This document shows, one piece after another, positions 19,346 to 30,044 of a DNA stretch of 64,000 nt; position 1 is the stretch's first letter, and every line of letters begins with the position of its first letter. The position numbers and the translations under genes are program-made. The notes under the pieces are model-generated. The model was given only the letters and a program-made list of their open reading frames with translations. It ran no database searches and was not told the origin of the DNA. This DNA comes from Chamaesiphon sp. (lineage in GTDB: Bacteria; Cyanobacteriota; Cyanobacteriia; Cyanobacteriales; Chamaesiphonaceae): the NCBI GenBank assembly GCA_965246715.1, contig CBDFFH010000015.1:192001-256000 (forward strand). The letters are read 5' to 3'.

Positions 19346-20167
19346 TTATTTCCCCTTCACCACATGTACCCGCTGAGTGAGCGTAGTCATCCCCGTAGGG
19401 CGGATGAAGACAGTCGATAACCAATAATCCCCCGACTTACCTGGAGCGCGAGCGATTTTAAATAAACCGCCAGCCGTGAGCAATTCAAACTTATAATTCG
19501 ATGGTTGAGCGTAACCTGCCGAAACGGGTTGTTCGAGTGTCGTACCGAGTAATACGTCGTCACCTAGCGGCTCGGTGACGATCGCATCGAGATTGTACTC
19601 CGCATTGGTTTGGAGCTTATCAGGTAAAGTGAGTTCGATCGTCGGTGGCTTGGTACCGCTGGATACCTGAGTGCGTTCCTGAAGCACCTGTTGCTGCACG
19701 ATTTGTCCGCCGACGATCTTTTGACGAGATTCGATCGTCGCTAATAGATTGTACGTTCTGCCATTTGCCTGTTGTACGCCAGTAATTTTGGTAATGGTAG
19801 TGGCTGTATAACCATTTCCCTGTGCCTGCCAGCTTGCCAGGGTGGTTGTATAGTTGAGATTGTTATAACCTTGCCAAAACTTTTCTAAAGACTGTTGCCA
19901 TGCTGCCTTATTCAAGCCGTCGCTGGTGGTGAAATTTGGGCTATAGTAGCGAGCCAAATCGGGTAATTTGCGCAGATTTGCCGCAGCATCGATCTTCGTT
20001 ATGATTGTCTGGAGCGGAGCGGGTGCATTTAACGCTGCGCTTTGTGCCCGAGCGGGAACCGCAACCAGCTGCTGACAACCGACAACCACTGCCGGAATTG
20101 CTAGTCGGTACCAAGATCTAGCTGACAGCGACAAAGATCGAAAATGAAAGATAGATTGCAACAACAT
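19346..20167 (-). CDS. Secreted NTF2-like conserved cyanobacterial protein
   Basis: Signal-like segment, IDAAAN...YYSPNFTTSDGL, C-terminal GGLFK. Confidence 0.7.
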   Translation of the reverse strand: MLLQSIFHFRSLSLSARSWYRLAIPAVVVGCQQLVAVPARAQSAALNAPAPLQTIITKIDAAANLRKLPDLARYYSPNFTTSDGLNKAAWQQSLEKFWQGYNNLNYTTTLASWQAQGNGYTATTITKITGVQQANGRTYNLLATIESRQKIVGGQIVQQQVLQERTQVSSGTKPPTIELTLPDKLQTNAEYNLDAIVTEPLGDDVLLGTTLEQPVSAGYAQPSNYKFELLTAGGLFKIARAPGKSGDYWLSTVFIRPTGMTTLTQRVHVVKGK

Positions 20168-20222
20168 AGTAATGCGGTCGAGGGGTAGATCGATATTACA
20201 TCTAGAATAACAGAACAACGAT

Positions 20223-20247
20223 TCTCCTAGCGGAGATGCTACGCAAA
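20223..20247. repeat. SDR5-like twin-hairpin mini-element in a split CGAT^CG site
   Basis: CGAT-TCTCCTAGCGGAGA-TGCTACGCA-AA-CG. Confidence 0.65.
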
Positions 20248-20289
20248 CGGCTAAAATAGCGGTGTCGCAGGTGAGGAGTCAAAATACTA

Positions 20290-21402
20290 GTGTCAAAGGA
20301 AGCTATCAAGCTACTGATTGCAGCAAGTGGAACTGGGGGACATGTATTTCCCGCGATCGCCGTCGCCCAAAAGCTGTCAGGATATCAGATTGAATGGTTG
20401 GGCGTACCCCATAGGTTGGAATCTAAATTAGTACCAAAAGAGTATCCACTACATATTATTAAAGTAGGTGGTTTTCAGGGTAAATTTGGTTTAAGTACAT
20501 TCAAAACTCTGAGCGGATTGATTAAAGGGATCTTTCAAGTCCGCACACTCCTCAAACAGGGAGAGTTTGATGCTGTCTTTAGTACAGGTGGCTATATTTC
20601 CGCCCCAGCGATTTTGGCGGGTTATTCACTCGGTTTACCCGTTTTCTTGCACGAATCAAATGCGCTTCCAGGTAAGGTTACCCGCTGGCTCAGTCCATTT
20701 TGTACGAAAGTAGCCGTCGGCTTTGTCGCCACCAGTAAGTATCTCCCGCGTGCGAAAACGATCTATCTCGGGACACCCTGTCGTCAAGAGTTCTTGTCGC
20801 CACAACCCCTCGATTTACCGATACCTGAAGGCAGTCCCCTAATTGTCGTCGTCGGCGGCTCACAAGGCGCAGTAGCCCTCAATCAGATGATTCGCAAATG
20901 TGTCAATCTGTGGTTAAATGCTGGCGCAACGATCGTCCATATCGTCGGTGGTGCCAATGCGCCGACAGAAAAAATCGAACATCCTCGATATATAGTGCTG
21001 CCCTTCTATGACAATATGGCGGGACTTTTTCAACGTGCCGATTTAGCGATTAGTCGGGCTGGTGCAGCAACGCTCAATGAGTTGATGATTACCCGCACTC
21101 CCTCGATCTTAGTGCCATACCCCTATGCGGCTGAAGATCATCAATATTACAATGCAAATGTTTTAGCGGCGGCTGATGGTGCGTTATTGTTTCGCCAGGA
21201 AAATCTCACATCGCAATTTTTAGCTGTCGAAGTCCTCAATCTGCTCCAAAATCCCCAACGCCTGAAAACAATGGCATCGAATACTAGTTCGTTAGGTGTG
21301 ATTAATAGTGCAGATTTGCTAGCGGATCTGATCGGAGAATCAGTTAAAGAGCGAATGCGAGCGCATTCGGCAAATCCTCAAACTAATAGATCGCATAGCT
21401 AA
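20290..21402 (+). CDS. murG: MurG glycosyltransferase
   Basis: SGTGGHVFP, GGYIS, HESNALPG, GGSQGA, SRAGA. Confidence 0.95.
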   Translation: MSKEAIKLLIAASGTGGHVFPAIAVAQKLSGYQIEWLGVPHRLESKLVPKEYPLHIIKVGGFQGKFGLSTFKTLSGLIKGIFQVRTLLKQGEFDAVFSTGGYISAPAILAGYSLGLPVFLHESNALPGKVTRWLSPFCTKVAVGFVATSKYLPRAKTIYLGTPCRQEFLSPQPLDLPIPEGSPLIVVVGGSQGAVALNQMIRKCVNLWLNAGATIVHIVGGANAPTEKIEHPRYIVLPFYDNMAGLFQRADLAISRAGAATLNELMITRTPSILVPYPYAAEDHQYYNANVLAAADGALLFRQENLTSQFLAVEVLNLLQNPQRLKTMASNTSSLGVINSADLLADLIGESVKERMRAHSANPQTNRSHS

Positions 21403-21490
21403 AGCCCCCGATCGCGATTTCACCCGACACTTAGATAATCGACGTTATAATTCGATTAGTTCATCCTCATCAACGATCTCAAATAAAATC

Positions 21491-21769
21491 ATGAAAGCAA
21501 CTTGGAATGACGTTACATTAGCTGAAAGCGACGCTACGGTAGTCGTCGAAAATAATCAGTATTTTCCCCCAGATAGTCTGAACAAACAGTATTTTATCGA
21601 CAGCACTACTCATACCAATTGTCCTTGGAAAGGGTCGGCTAGCTATTATAGTATCGAAGTTGATGGTAAAACAAATCCAGATGCAGCTTGGTACTATCCA
21701 GAGCCAAAAGATGCTGCTAAGAATATCAAAGGTTATATTGCTTTTTGGAAGGGAGTTAAAGTTGGATAA
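21491..21769 (+). CDS. DUF427 family protein
   Basis: YFPP, TNCPWKGSASYY, AAWYYP. Confidence 0.9.
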   Translation: MKATWNDVTLAESDATVVVENNQYFPPDSLNKQYFIDSTTHTNCPWKGSASYYSIEVDGKTNPDAAWYYPEPKDAAKNIKGYIAFWKGVKVG

Positions 21770-21829
21770 ATCTAGGTTAGCACGGATGAAAAATTGAATC
21801 GGTTTCCATTGCATTATCATTGAAGTAAC

Positions 21830-22199
21830 ATGATCGATCTCCAAATCATTACGGAATTACAATCTCAATTTATCAATATTCCTGAAGCTCTCATATCTCT
21901 GGAAACTATTGCTGACTGTGAGGGCGATCTCGAAGATGCTGCGATGGCTTTAGCAATCCGCGCCGGACAACAACCTGATATCAATAACAGTGAGTGGTTG
22001 CAAGGACTGGCTAAAAAAATGTCGCGTCGCTATCTGTATGTCAGAATTCCGTAATGATATGGTTAACGGCAACTTCACAACTTTATTCGAGCATTTTGTG
22101 GAGGTTAAAGTCTGTCCAAAAGTACTGATATTGCCAGTACTTTTATATGTTCACGAGCAAGGGGTTAACAAGTTTTGTGAACCCCTCGACCCAATTTAA
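21830..22199 (+). pseudogene. Conserved hypothetical protein split by a frameshift
   Basis: IADCEGDLEDAA...LAKK continues as CRVAIC in another frame at the A7 run 22013-22019; may be a sequencing error. Confidence 0.65.
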
Positions 22200-22287
22200 T
22201 TTCATAAATTCAGGTGTACCCCGATTGGGTGTTCGATCGAGATGGATTAGTAATGCGATCGACCGTACATACTAGAAATCGATCGTG

Positions 22288-22740
22288 CTAGTTAATATCC
22301 TGAAATAATGACTCTTTATAACTAGGATCTATTTCCCAATCTTCATTTTCGCCACCGATAAGTAGCTGAAGAACCTCTACATATTCTTTGCTTAATTGAT
22401 AGAGTGAATTAATTAAAATATCGATCGCAATCGCATCGCTAGTTCCGAGATCCATCCAGCAACGCGCCCAATTTCCCTCATATTCAAAATCTCCCATATT
22501 ATGCATCAATGACATCATACTGCTCTCAGCAGCATCGTTGTCATAATTCATATAACTTAGTTCTAAACCTGTTTCTTGAACTTGAGTATTTTCAGCATTA
22601 AAACCACCTAATTTACCCAAGAAAAACCACGAAGAAAATACTTCTTCAACTAATTTCTTTTCTTGTTCTGATGGAACGTTACTGAACTCCAGCCAAAACC
22701 AGACATCAAACTGACTGAACTCGCGAAACTGAACTTGCAT
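22288..22740 (-). CDS. DUF3531 family protein
   Basis: WFFLGKLGGFNAEN, MHNMGDFEY, WARCWMDLGTSD. Confidence 0.85.
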   Translation of the reverse strand: MQVQFREFSQFDVWFWLEFSNVPSEQEKKLVEEVFSSWFFLGKLGGFNAENTQVQETGLELSYMNYDNDAAESSMMSLMHNMGDFEYEGNWARCWMDLGTSDAIAIDILINSLYQLSKEYVEVLQLLIGGENEDWEIDPSYKESLFQDIN

Positions 22741-22833
22741 ATTTAGGAGTGAGGGAGTGAGGGAGAATTAACTTACTTCTTTTTCCGATTCGTTAATACC
22801 GCCAGAATTTCATTCTTGGTGGAAGACGTGAAT

Positions 22834-23613
22834 TTACATATATCTAGTTAGATTGATGCGGTAGCGTTCTTTTTTGGTGATGGCTACTTCACCAACTTCT
22901 AGTCTACCTTTCCCGCGAATAGCAATTAAATCGCCAGCTTTGAGTGCGTGAGAAGATTGACCGATTTCTTTCCAATTGACGCGCACATCACCGCTTGATA
23001 TTAGATCTACCATTTTACTCCGAGACATCCCAAAGCCTGCAGATGCGATCGCATCTAATCTGAGCGAAGCTTCAACAGTCGTCATTTCCTTTTTCTTCGG
23101 TTCGCGAATTTTTAGTTCGCTCAAATCGATCCGGCGAGTTTTGACGGGAACCGATCGAACTTGAGTCAAATGAGTTTCTAAAAACTCTACCAACTCCGGC
23201 GCGACGATTGCTTGAGCGCCTTGTTCGCCCAAGACAATGATATCACCTGTCTTCTCTCGGACGATCCCACAACCCAACATTGCGCCTAAAAAATCCCGAT
23301 GCGTTGGCGGATCGAATAGGAAATTTCCAGCAATCTGAATGGCTGCCAAAGGAACTTGACTCTCTTCAAATGGCATTTCGCTACGGCAGAATGCTAACCG
23401 CTGTCTCTCGGCTTGTGGATAGCCACCAGATGCGATGATGTCTACTTCTGTGAGACGATCGAATATCCCTACGATTTCAGCAATTTCTGGTGGCGAAAGA
23501 AAGTCCGTTCCGACAATTTCCCAAGTTTTAATTGCTCGATCGGCAAGATCGATCGCGCGCGCTACGACTTCACGATTTTCAACACGTTTTAATAAATCTT
23601 CTCTGGGGAGCAT
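22834..23613 (-). CDS. Photosystem II S4-domain protein (YlmH/Sll1252-like)
   Basis: GGYPQAER, HRDFLGA, SLRLDAIASAGFGMSRSK, IRGKGRL. Confidence 0.92.
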   Translation of the reverse strand: MLPREDLLKRVENREVVARAIDLADRAIKTWEIVGTDFLSPPEIAEIVGIFDRLTEVDIIASGGYPQAERQRLAFCRSEMPFEESQVPLAAIQIAGNFLFDPPTHRDFLGAMLGCGIVREKTGDIIVLGEQGAQAIVAPELVEFLETHLTQVRSVPVKTRRIDLSELKIREPKKKEMTTVEASLRLDAIASAGFGMSRSKMVDLISSGDVRVNWKEIGQSSHALKAGDLIAIRGKGRLEVGEVAITKKERYRINLTRYM

Positions 23614-23865
23614 CGGTGAAATTATGAATTATGAGTTATGAATTTAAGAGATAAGTTGCCAAGGCGATCGCTGACGGAGATCGTCATCTAATCTGCACTA
23701 ATTATATGCTCCGAGCGATATATACTCTATAAACGGGAGATAGAAATAGACCGAATATTCACTCGATCGCCTACTAAGTGGTTCCCAATCGAATGAGGTA
23801 CCTTCACTAGCCACTAGCCACTAAAACCACTAATAATGCTCTTCACTGGAATGAGAACCGCTATA

Positions 23866-24432
23866 TTAATTATAAACATCTTCATAGATGAGCGACAGTG
23901 GAATGGTGAAATCGATCGATTGTAATTCTAAGCTATCTTCCTCCGCTAGCGTTTTTATCGACCACTTACCTATACTGTCACGGCGATAGATTTCCACCTG
24001 CTGCTCTATTTGTGAAACTAATACATATTCCTGAAGACTCGATAATTTTTGATATTCCAACCATTTCTCCCGACGGTCGGTTGCTTCAGTACTTGGAGAA
24101 AGAACTTCGACAATCAGGCATGGACATGTCAGAAAAAACTTTTGATTATCTTGAGGATTGCAAGTAACAACGACATCGGGATAATAGAAGATATCTGTTT
24201 GTTGACTATCGATCTTTACCTTCATATCTGAGACAAATCCCCGGCAATTAGTGCCGCGTAAATGATTGCGTATCGCCGAGGCAATATTCAAAGCAATTAA
24301 ATTATGATTGCGGCTGGCTCCAGACATTGCATATACTTGGCCGCCCAGATATTCATGTTTGATTTCACTTTGTTCTTCAGCTGCTAAATATTCAGCGATC
24401 GTTAGTAAGTAATCTTTGATTGGTAAGTACAT
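23866..24432 (-). CDS. Uma2 family endonuclease-fold protein
   Basis: HEYLGGQVYAMSGAS, YYPDVVV, LIVEVLSPST. Confidence 0.9.
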   Translation of the reverse strand: MYLPIKDYLLTIAEYLAAEEQSEIKHEYLGGQVYAMSGASRNHNLIALNIASAIRNHLRGTNCRGFVSDMKVKIDSQQTDIFYYPDVVVTCNPQDNQKFFLTCPCLIVEVLSPSTEATDRREKWLEYQKLSSLQEYVLVSQIEQQVEIYRRDSIGKWSIKTLAEEDSLELQSIDFTIPLSLIYEDVYN

Positions 24433-24475
24433 ATTTAAAATGTCTCATCATAAAAAGGCCGCATTAATCTTAGCT

Positions 24476-24994
24476 CTACTGATACATATCGATGTAGCTT
24501 TGAATGTTTTCCAGGTCGAACTTGCGTAAGATGGTAGTTGCTTGTTGGAGTAACATTTGGGAGCCTTCAACGACGATTAGATATTTCCCGGCATTAATGC
24601 GATTGCGATACGGTAAAGCATCGCCGCTACCAAAGGCAATCCCGCCACCACCACCGATAAAGACGCTACCCATCGCACCGCCGATCGCACCTAGCAATCC
24701 ACCGATAACCCGATCGCCGATTTCCCCAGCCCAGGCAAATGTATGTAAATTAGTGCTCAGACTAAAAGCGACTCCACCAATAAAACCAAATGGAATCAAC
24801 CAAATTGCCATCAGTTTGGCTTGTTTTTGGGCTACTTCATTGGGATCGATCAGTCCAAATTCGTCAGCGGTTTTGTAGCCGCGCCCGAGAATAGTCACTT
24901 TGTTTAGCGGTAAACCTTGTTGTTCGAGCATCGTATAGGCAGATTCAGCTTGGATGCGATCGGATAGAACGGCGACGAGATAATTATTATTCAT
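24476..24994 (-). CDS. Conserved membrane protein with Gly-rich TM hairpin
   Basis: MNNNYLVAVLSDRIQAE, PFGFIGG, YRNRINAGKYL. Confidence 0.75.
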   Translation of the reverse strand: MNNNYLVAVLSDRIQAESAYTMLEQQGLPLNKVTILGRGYKTADEFGLIDPNEVAQKQAKLMAIWLIPFGFIGGVAFSLSTNLHTFAWAGEIGDRVIGGLLGAIGGAMGSVFIGGGGGIAFGSGDALPYRNRINAGKYLIVVEGSQMLLQQATTILRKFDLENIQSYIDMYQ

Positions 24995-25152
24995 GGTGGC
25001 GGAGAATCGATCCGAGTAAGTGCTTACTCCCAGTTTGCGGTAATTATGTAGCGATCGCAATTGTGAAATTGAACCAACGGATAGCGCAACTCGATGGCGA
25101 ATCCAGTTAAAATGCCTATTGCGTTGACTTTTTTCCCTAATCTAACCGAATC

Positions 25153-26739
25153 ATGTCTAAGGTTCTTGTTTCCGACCCTATCGACCAAGCAGGGATTGAT
25201 ATCCTCTTGCAAGTCGCTCAAGTAGATGTAAAAACTGGGCTACCACCAGAAGAATTGGCGCGGATTATCGGCGACTATGATGCGATTATGATTCGCTCGG
25301 AAACCCGCGTCACCAAAGAAATTATCGAAGCCGCTACCAATCTCAAGATTATCGGACGTGCGGGTGTAGGGGTAGATAACGTCGATGTCCCCGCCGCTAC
25401 CCGCAAAGGAATCGTCGTCGTCAACTCTCCCGAAGGTAACACGATCGCGGCTGCCGAACACGCGCTGGCGATGATGCTCGCGATGTCGCGCTACATCCCC
25501 GAAGCGAATAAGTCGATGAAAGAGGGACAGTGGAACCGCAAACTGTTTGTCGGGACTGAAGTTTACAAAAAGACCCTGGGTGTCGTCGGCTTGGGTAAAA
25601 TTGGCTCCCATGTTGCTACCGTTGCCAAAGCAATGGGGATGAAATTACTCGCATACGACCCCTTTATTTCAGCCGAACGTGCGGAACAACTGGGTTGTAG
25701 ATTGGTAGATTTGGATGCGATTTTCCGCGAGTCCGACTATATCACCCTCCATATCCCCAAAACGCCAGAAACAGCCAATTTAATTAACGCTGAATCGCTG
25801 GCGAAGATGAAACCCAATGCGCGAATTATCAACTGCGCGCGTGGCGGAATTATCGACGAAGCCGCTCTTGCAGCCGCATTAAAGGCAGGCACGATCGCTG
25901 GTGCTGCGATCGATGTATTTGCAGTCGAACCACTCGGCGAATCTGAATTACGCTCCCTCGGCAAAGAAATCGTGCTTACGCCCCACCTAGGAGCCTCTAC
26001 CGCCGAAGCCCAAGTCAATGTCGCTCTAGATGTTGCCGAACAGATTCGGGACGTGTTGCTGGGGCTACCAGCCCGCTCTGCGGTAAATATTCCTGGTCTG
26101 CATCCCGATGCGATCGCCAAACTCAAGCCCTATCTCCAACTCGCCGAAACACTCGGTAATATGGTCAGCCAACTAGCTGGCGGACGCATCAACGATCTCC
26201 AAGTTGGATTGTACGGCGATCTTGCCGAACAGCAAACCAAACCGATTATTACCGCTGCGCTCAAAGGCTTGCTCTCTCCCGCACTTCGGGAACGGGTGAA
26301 TTATGTCAATGCGGGCATCGAAGCTAAAGAACGCGGCATTCATGTCTTGGAGACTCGCGACGCATCGGTGCGGGACTATGCAGCTACCATCAAACTGATT
26401 GCCAAAGGTTCGCTAGGACAACATTCAGTTACTGGGGCACTGCTAGGCGACAGTGAGATGCGAATCACCAGTGTGGATGATTTCCCTGTCAACGTTGTAC
26501 CTACCCAAAATATGTTGTTCACGGTACACAAAGATGTTCCTGGCATCATTGGGATCATCGGTTCGCTACTGGGTAAATTTAATGTCAATATTGCCAGTAT
26601 GCAAGTCGGTCGCAAAATCGTGCGCGGCGATGCAGTCATGGTCTTGAGTTTGGACGATCCGTTGCCGGATGGAATTCTCGCTGAAATCAAACAAGTGAAT
26701 GGAATTAGTGATGCTTATACCGTGACTTTAACTAGTTAA
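25153..26739 (+). CDS. serA: D-3-phosphoglycerate dehydrogenase
   Basis: RAGVGVDN, GLGKIG, TPHLGAST, C-terminal ACT domain. Confidence 0.96.
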   Translation: MSKVLVSDPIDQAGIDILLQVAQVDVKTGLPPEELARIIGDYDAIMIRSETRVTKEIIEAATNLKIIGRAGVGVDNVDVPAATRKGIVVVNSPEGNTIAAAEHALAMMLAMSRYIPEANKSMKEGQWNRKLFVGTEVYKKTLGVVGLGKIGSHVATVAKAMGMKLLAYDPFISAERAEQLGCRLVDLDAIFRESDYITLHIPKTPETANLINAESLAKMKPNARIINCARGGIIDEAALAAALKAGTIAGAAIDVFAVEPLGESELRSLGKEIVLTPHLGASTAEAQVNVALDVAEQIRDVLLGLPARSAVNIPGLHPDAIAKLKPYLQLAETLGNMVSQLAGGRINDLQVGLYGDLAEQQTKPIITAALKGLLSPALRERVNYVNAGIEAKERGIHVLETRDASVRDYAATIKLIAKGSLGQHSVTGALLGDSEMRITSVDDFPVNVVPTQNMLFTVHKDVPGIIGIIGSLLGKFNVNIASMQVGRKIVRGDAVMVLSLDDPLPDGILAEIKQVNGISDAYTVTLTS

Positions 26740-27057
26740 ATAGTTGCTCGCTAACAAATCTCCTTCCCAGCGGTGAGAAAGGCAAGAGTTATGATACTGT
26801 GGTGATGACAAATCAGAGATTTGCCACAGTATCTGCCAAAATATCTCTCAAAATCGAGTAGAATCTCAGCGATTATCTAACTTAAAATAATTTGGCTGTA
26901 TCTACCGATCGAACCATTCGGGGTGACGCGCTTCAAGAATGGCACGATTAGCATCACTGTCGAACCATCACGAAGATCGACCCGATCTCCTGGCAGACAC
27001 TAGTTTGTTGACTCCTTCCCATCTCAACAACAGATTAATTCATAATTTTTAAGCATC

Positions 27058-27981
27058 ATGACCAATAGCTGGTGGGAAATTAAGATCGAATGCGTACCTA
27101 GTTTAGAAGAAATAATCTTCTGGAGACTGAGTGAGTTTGGATGCAAAGGGATGTCAACCCAAAAACTGGGCCAAGATCTGTCTATTTCGGCATATATCCC
27201 ACAAATCCAATTTAAGTTAGTCGAAGTAGCCGATGCCTTACTTCAGATTGAAGGAGATGCTGAACAAAACGGTTGTCCGATCCCAGTTTCTAGCTGTGTT
27301 TTAATTGATGAAGAAGATTGGTCGAGTAGCTGGAAACAACATTGGACGGCACAACCGATCGGCGATCGATTATTAATCAATCCAGCTTGGTTAGAAGTGC
27401 CAGCAGATACGGAGCCTCTTGCAGAGGGGCAATGCCAACGCATCGTTCTCCAACTCGATCCTGGTGTTGCCTTTGGGACGGGTACTCATGCGACGACACA
27501 ATTGTGTCTAGAAGCCCTCGAAATGCGCCTGCAACCTGGGATAAATCTCTCGCAGGGCATAATTATCGCCGATCTTGGCTGCGGCTCGGGGATTTTGTCC
27601 ACAGCAGCGTTATTGTTGGGTGCAAAACAGGTTTATGCTGTCGATACCGATCCGTTAGCTGTCAAAGCAACTGGCGAAAATTGCATCTTAAATGGCATTG
27701 CCCCAGAGAGATTGGTAGTAGAGCTAGGTAGTATCGAAATGCTGCAACTAATAATTCCCGAACCGTTAGATGGCTTTGTCTGCAATATTTTAGCGGATGT
27801 AATTATCAAGCTAGCACCACAGATGAAAACGCTCGTCAAACCAAAAGGGTGGGCAGCACTAAGTGGTATTTTGTCGAGTCAAGTTGCAACTGTTTCCCAC
27901 ACGCTCGAACAACATGGTTGGATGGTAGGTACTGTCTGGAATCGGCAAGAATGGAGTTGCATCAATCTCAAGTTAAAATAA
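27058..27981 (+). CDS. prmA: Ribosomal protein L11 methyltransferase
   Basis: EDWSSSWK, DPGVAFGTGTHATT, DLGCGSGIL, CNILA. Confidence 0.95.
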   Translation: MTNSWWEIKIECVPSLEEIIFWRLSEFGCKGMSTQKLGQDLSISAYIPQIQFKLVEVADALLQIEGDAEQNGCPIPVSSCVLIDEEDWSSSWKQHWTAQPIGDRLLINPAWLEVPADTEPLAEGQCQRIVLQLDPGVAFGTGTHATTQLCLEALEMRLQPGINLSQGIIIADLGCGSGILSTAALLLGAKQVYAVDTDPLAVKATGENCILNGIAPERLVVELGSIEMLQLIIPEPLDGFVCNILADVIIKLAPQMKTLVKPKGWAALSGILSSQVATVSHTLEQHGWMVGTVWNRQEWSCINLKLK

Positions 27982-28155
27982 TGGGTTAGCTCCCAATCTC
28001 AGATTTTTTATAGGTGCGCTCCATTCACAGATAATCAGCCTCACATCTTGCACCAGCGGCTCACGCTCTGGAGGTTCCCTCCAGAGCGCTCGACACAAGA
28101 TAATATATAAAGACTAGTAAAAGCAGAGATCTTAGGGTACCGTGGATCTACTAAG

Positions 28156-29946
28156 TTAAAATCCTTTGGCAACACCCTCGCCACGAGGATCTGCCGCTCC
28201 TTCGAGTCTACCATCCGGTAATTGCCCGATCGCATTAGCATTACCCCAATACTCGCGTTGCTCGATCGTGTGTCCCCGCCGCCGCAATTCGGCTAGTGTC
28301 GTCGCATCAAAACCCCACGGATCGACATTTACCTTGTCTGGTAACCATTGATGGTGAATGCGCCCCGCAGCAACAGCCGCGCCGACATCCATTTTGTACT
28401 CCAAGACATTTAGTAAGATCTGCAACACGGTAGTAATAATCGTACTCCCGCCAGGTGCCCCGATCGCCAGCCGAAATTTACCGTTTTCAGTCACGATCGT
28501 CGGTGTCATGCTCGATAATGGTGTCTTGCCAGGGGCGATCGAGTTTGCTTCACCACCCACTAACCCAAATACATTCGCAACTCCCGGTGCTGCGGCGAAA
28601 TCATCCATCTGGTCGTTCAATAAAATCCCCGTTCCAGGTACTACCACCCCCGCACCAAAACGGTAATTTACGGTAAATGTCAAGCTGACGACGTTCCGCT
28701 GTTTGTCTACAACTGTCAGGTGACTGGTTTCCTTCGATTCGGATAATGGTTGCTTACTACTAGTTATTTGTGCGGAGGAGTGTTTCTGGTGGGTACCGCC
28801 GACAGCAGCGGATCGCTCGAATTGTTTTAAGATCTCTGGTGCAGCTGGTTGCACGGTGCTAGAAGGGCGCGCCTTGTCCATTTTAATTTCCTGACGGCGC
28901 AGTGCGGCATAAGCTGGATTGATGAGCGCAGCTACAGGTACTTTAGTAAAATCTGGATCGCCGAGATATTTCGATCGATCTGCATAAGCAATTCGCATCG
29001 ACTCGATCAGCAGATGCAAAGCATCCGGACTATGCCAACCCATTTTCGCCAAATCGGTACTCCCGATCGTATTTAAGATTTGCACTAGATGTACTCCGCC
29101 AGATGATGGTGGTGGCATCGAACAGACATCATACTGGCGAAATTTGCCACATAGCGGCTCCCGCCATTTTGGGCGATAAGCTTTGAGATCTGCCAGGGTA
29201 ATCAAACCCTTATTCTGGCGCATGTCACGATCGATCGCACTCGCAATCTTCCCGGTATAAAAGTTCTGCGGATTGCGTGCGATCGCAATTAACGTCTGCG
29301 CTAAATCGCGTTGAATTAACTTTTCGCCTGGTTGCAAAGGTTGCCCATTGCGCGTGAAAATTTCTCTCGCAGCGGCATTGCTCGCGAGGAGTTTCTGTTT
29401 GGACTTGGCTTGTTCGGTATAGATTTCACTGACGGTAAAGCCATCGCGCGCGAGTTTAATCGCAGGTGCTACTACCGTCCGCCAGGGTAACTTACCATAC
29501 TTCTGATGTGCTGCTGCCAGTCCCGCGATCGTCCCCGGTACGCTAGCTGCTAAATGACCTTCCAGACTAGCATTCGGGCGCACTTTGCCCTGAGCATCTA
29601 GAAACATATTCCGCGTTGCTTTCTGTGGTGCGCGTTCGCGAAAATCTAGCGATTTCGTCTCGCTCCCCACCTTTGCCAGCATAAAACCACCAGCGCCAAT
29701 TCCTGCCGAAAACGGCTCGACGACAGAAATAGCTAGCGTTGTCGCTACCGCAGCATCGATCGCATTTCCACCTTGCTGAAGCATCTCCACCCCCGCCTGT
29801 GTCGCCAGCGGATGCGCCGATGCCACCATCCCATTTTGACTGTGAACGGGACGCGGAAACGCCGCAAATGCAGGAGCAGAAATAGCTAAGATAACGAGCG
29901 AACTAACAGTTGCTCCGAATCGATGAAAATACCCGATCGTACTCAA
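28156..29946 (-). CDS. ggt: Gamma-glutamyltransferase
   Basis: GGNAIDAA, DFRERAP, PPPSSGG, ETSHL, LNDQMDDF, PLSSMTP, DPR. Confidence 0.95.
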   Translation of the reverse strand: MSTIGYFHRFGATVSSLVILAISAPAFAAFPRPVHSQNGMVASAHPLATQAGVEMLQQGGNAIDAAVATTLAISVVEPFSAGIGAGGFMLAKVGSETKSLDFRERAPQKATRNMFLDAQGKVRPNASLEGHLAASVPGTIAGLAAAHQKYGKLPWRTVVAPAIKLARDGFTVSEIYTEQAKSKQKLLASNAAAREIFTRNGQPLQPGEKLIQRDLAQTLIAIARNPQNFYTGKIASAIDRDMRQNKGLITLADLKAYRPKWREPLCGKFRQYDVCSMPPPSSGGVHLVQILNTIGSTDLAKMGWHSPDALHLLIESMRIAYADRSKYLGDPDFTKVPVAALINPAYAALRRQEIKMDKARPSSTVQPAAPEILKQFERSAAVGGTHQKHSSAQITSSKQPLSESKETSHLTVVDKQRNVVSLTFTVNYRFGAGVVVPGTGILLNDQMDDFAAAPGVANVFGLVGGEANSIAPGKTPLSSMTPTIVTENGKFRLAIGAPGGSTIITTVLQILLNVLEYKMDVGAAVAAGRIHHQWLPDKVNVDPWGFDATTLAELRRRGHTIEQREYWGNANAIGQLPDGRLEGAADPRGEGVAKGF

Positions 29947-30044
29947 GATCTTACCTCTGCGCTCTCTGCGCCGCTGTGGTTAAATTATCGAGAGATCTAC
30001 GGCAAACAAATCGCCTACGATTGCTATAGAACATAGTTAATAAT

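Noticed and set aside
22013..22019. Programmed frameshift or phase variation
   Set aside because: A single A7 run with no stimulatory structure seen; sequencing error or simple mutation is more likely
23866..24432. Uma2 protein as a defence system
   Set aside because: Solo Uma2 genes are very common in cyanobacteria and no partner gene is present
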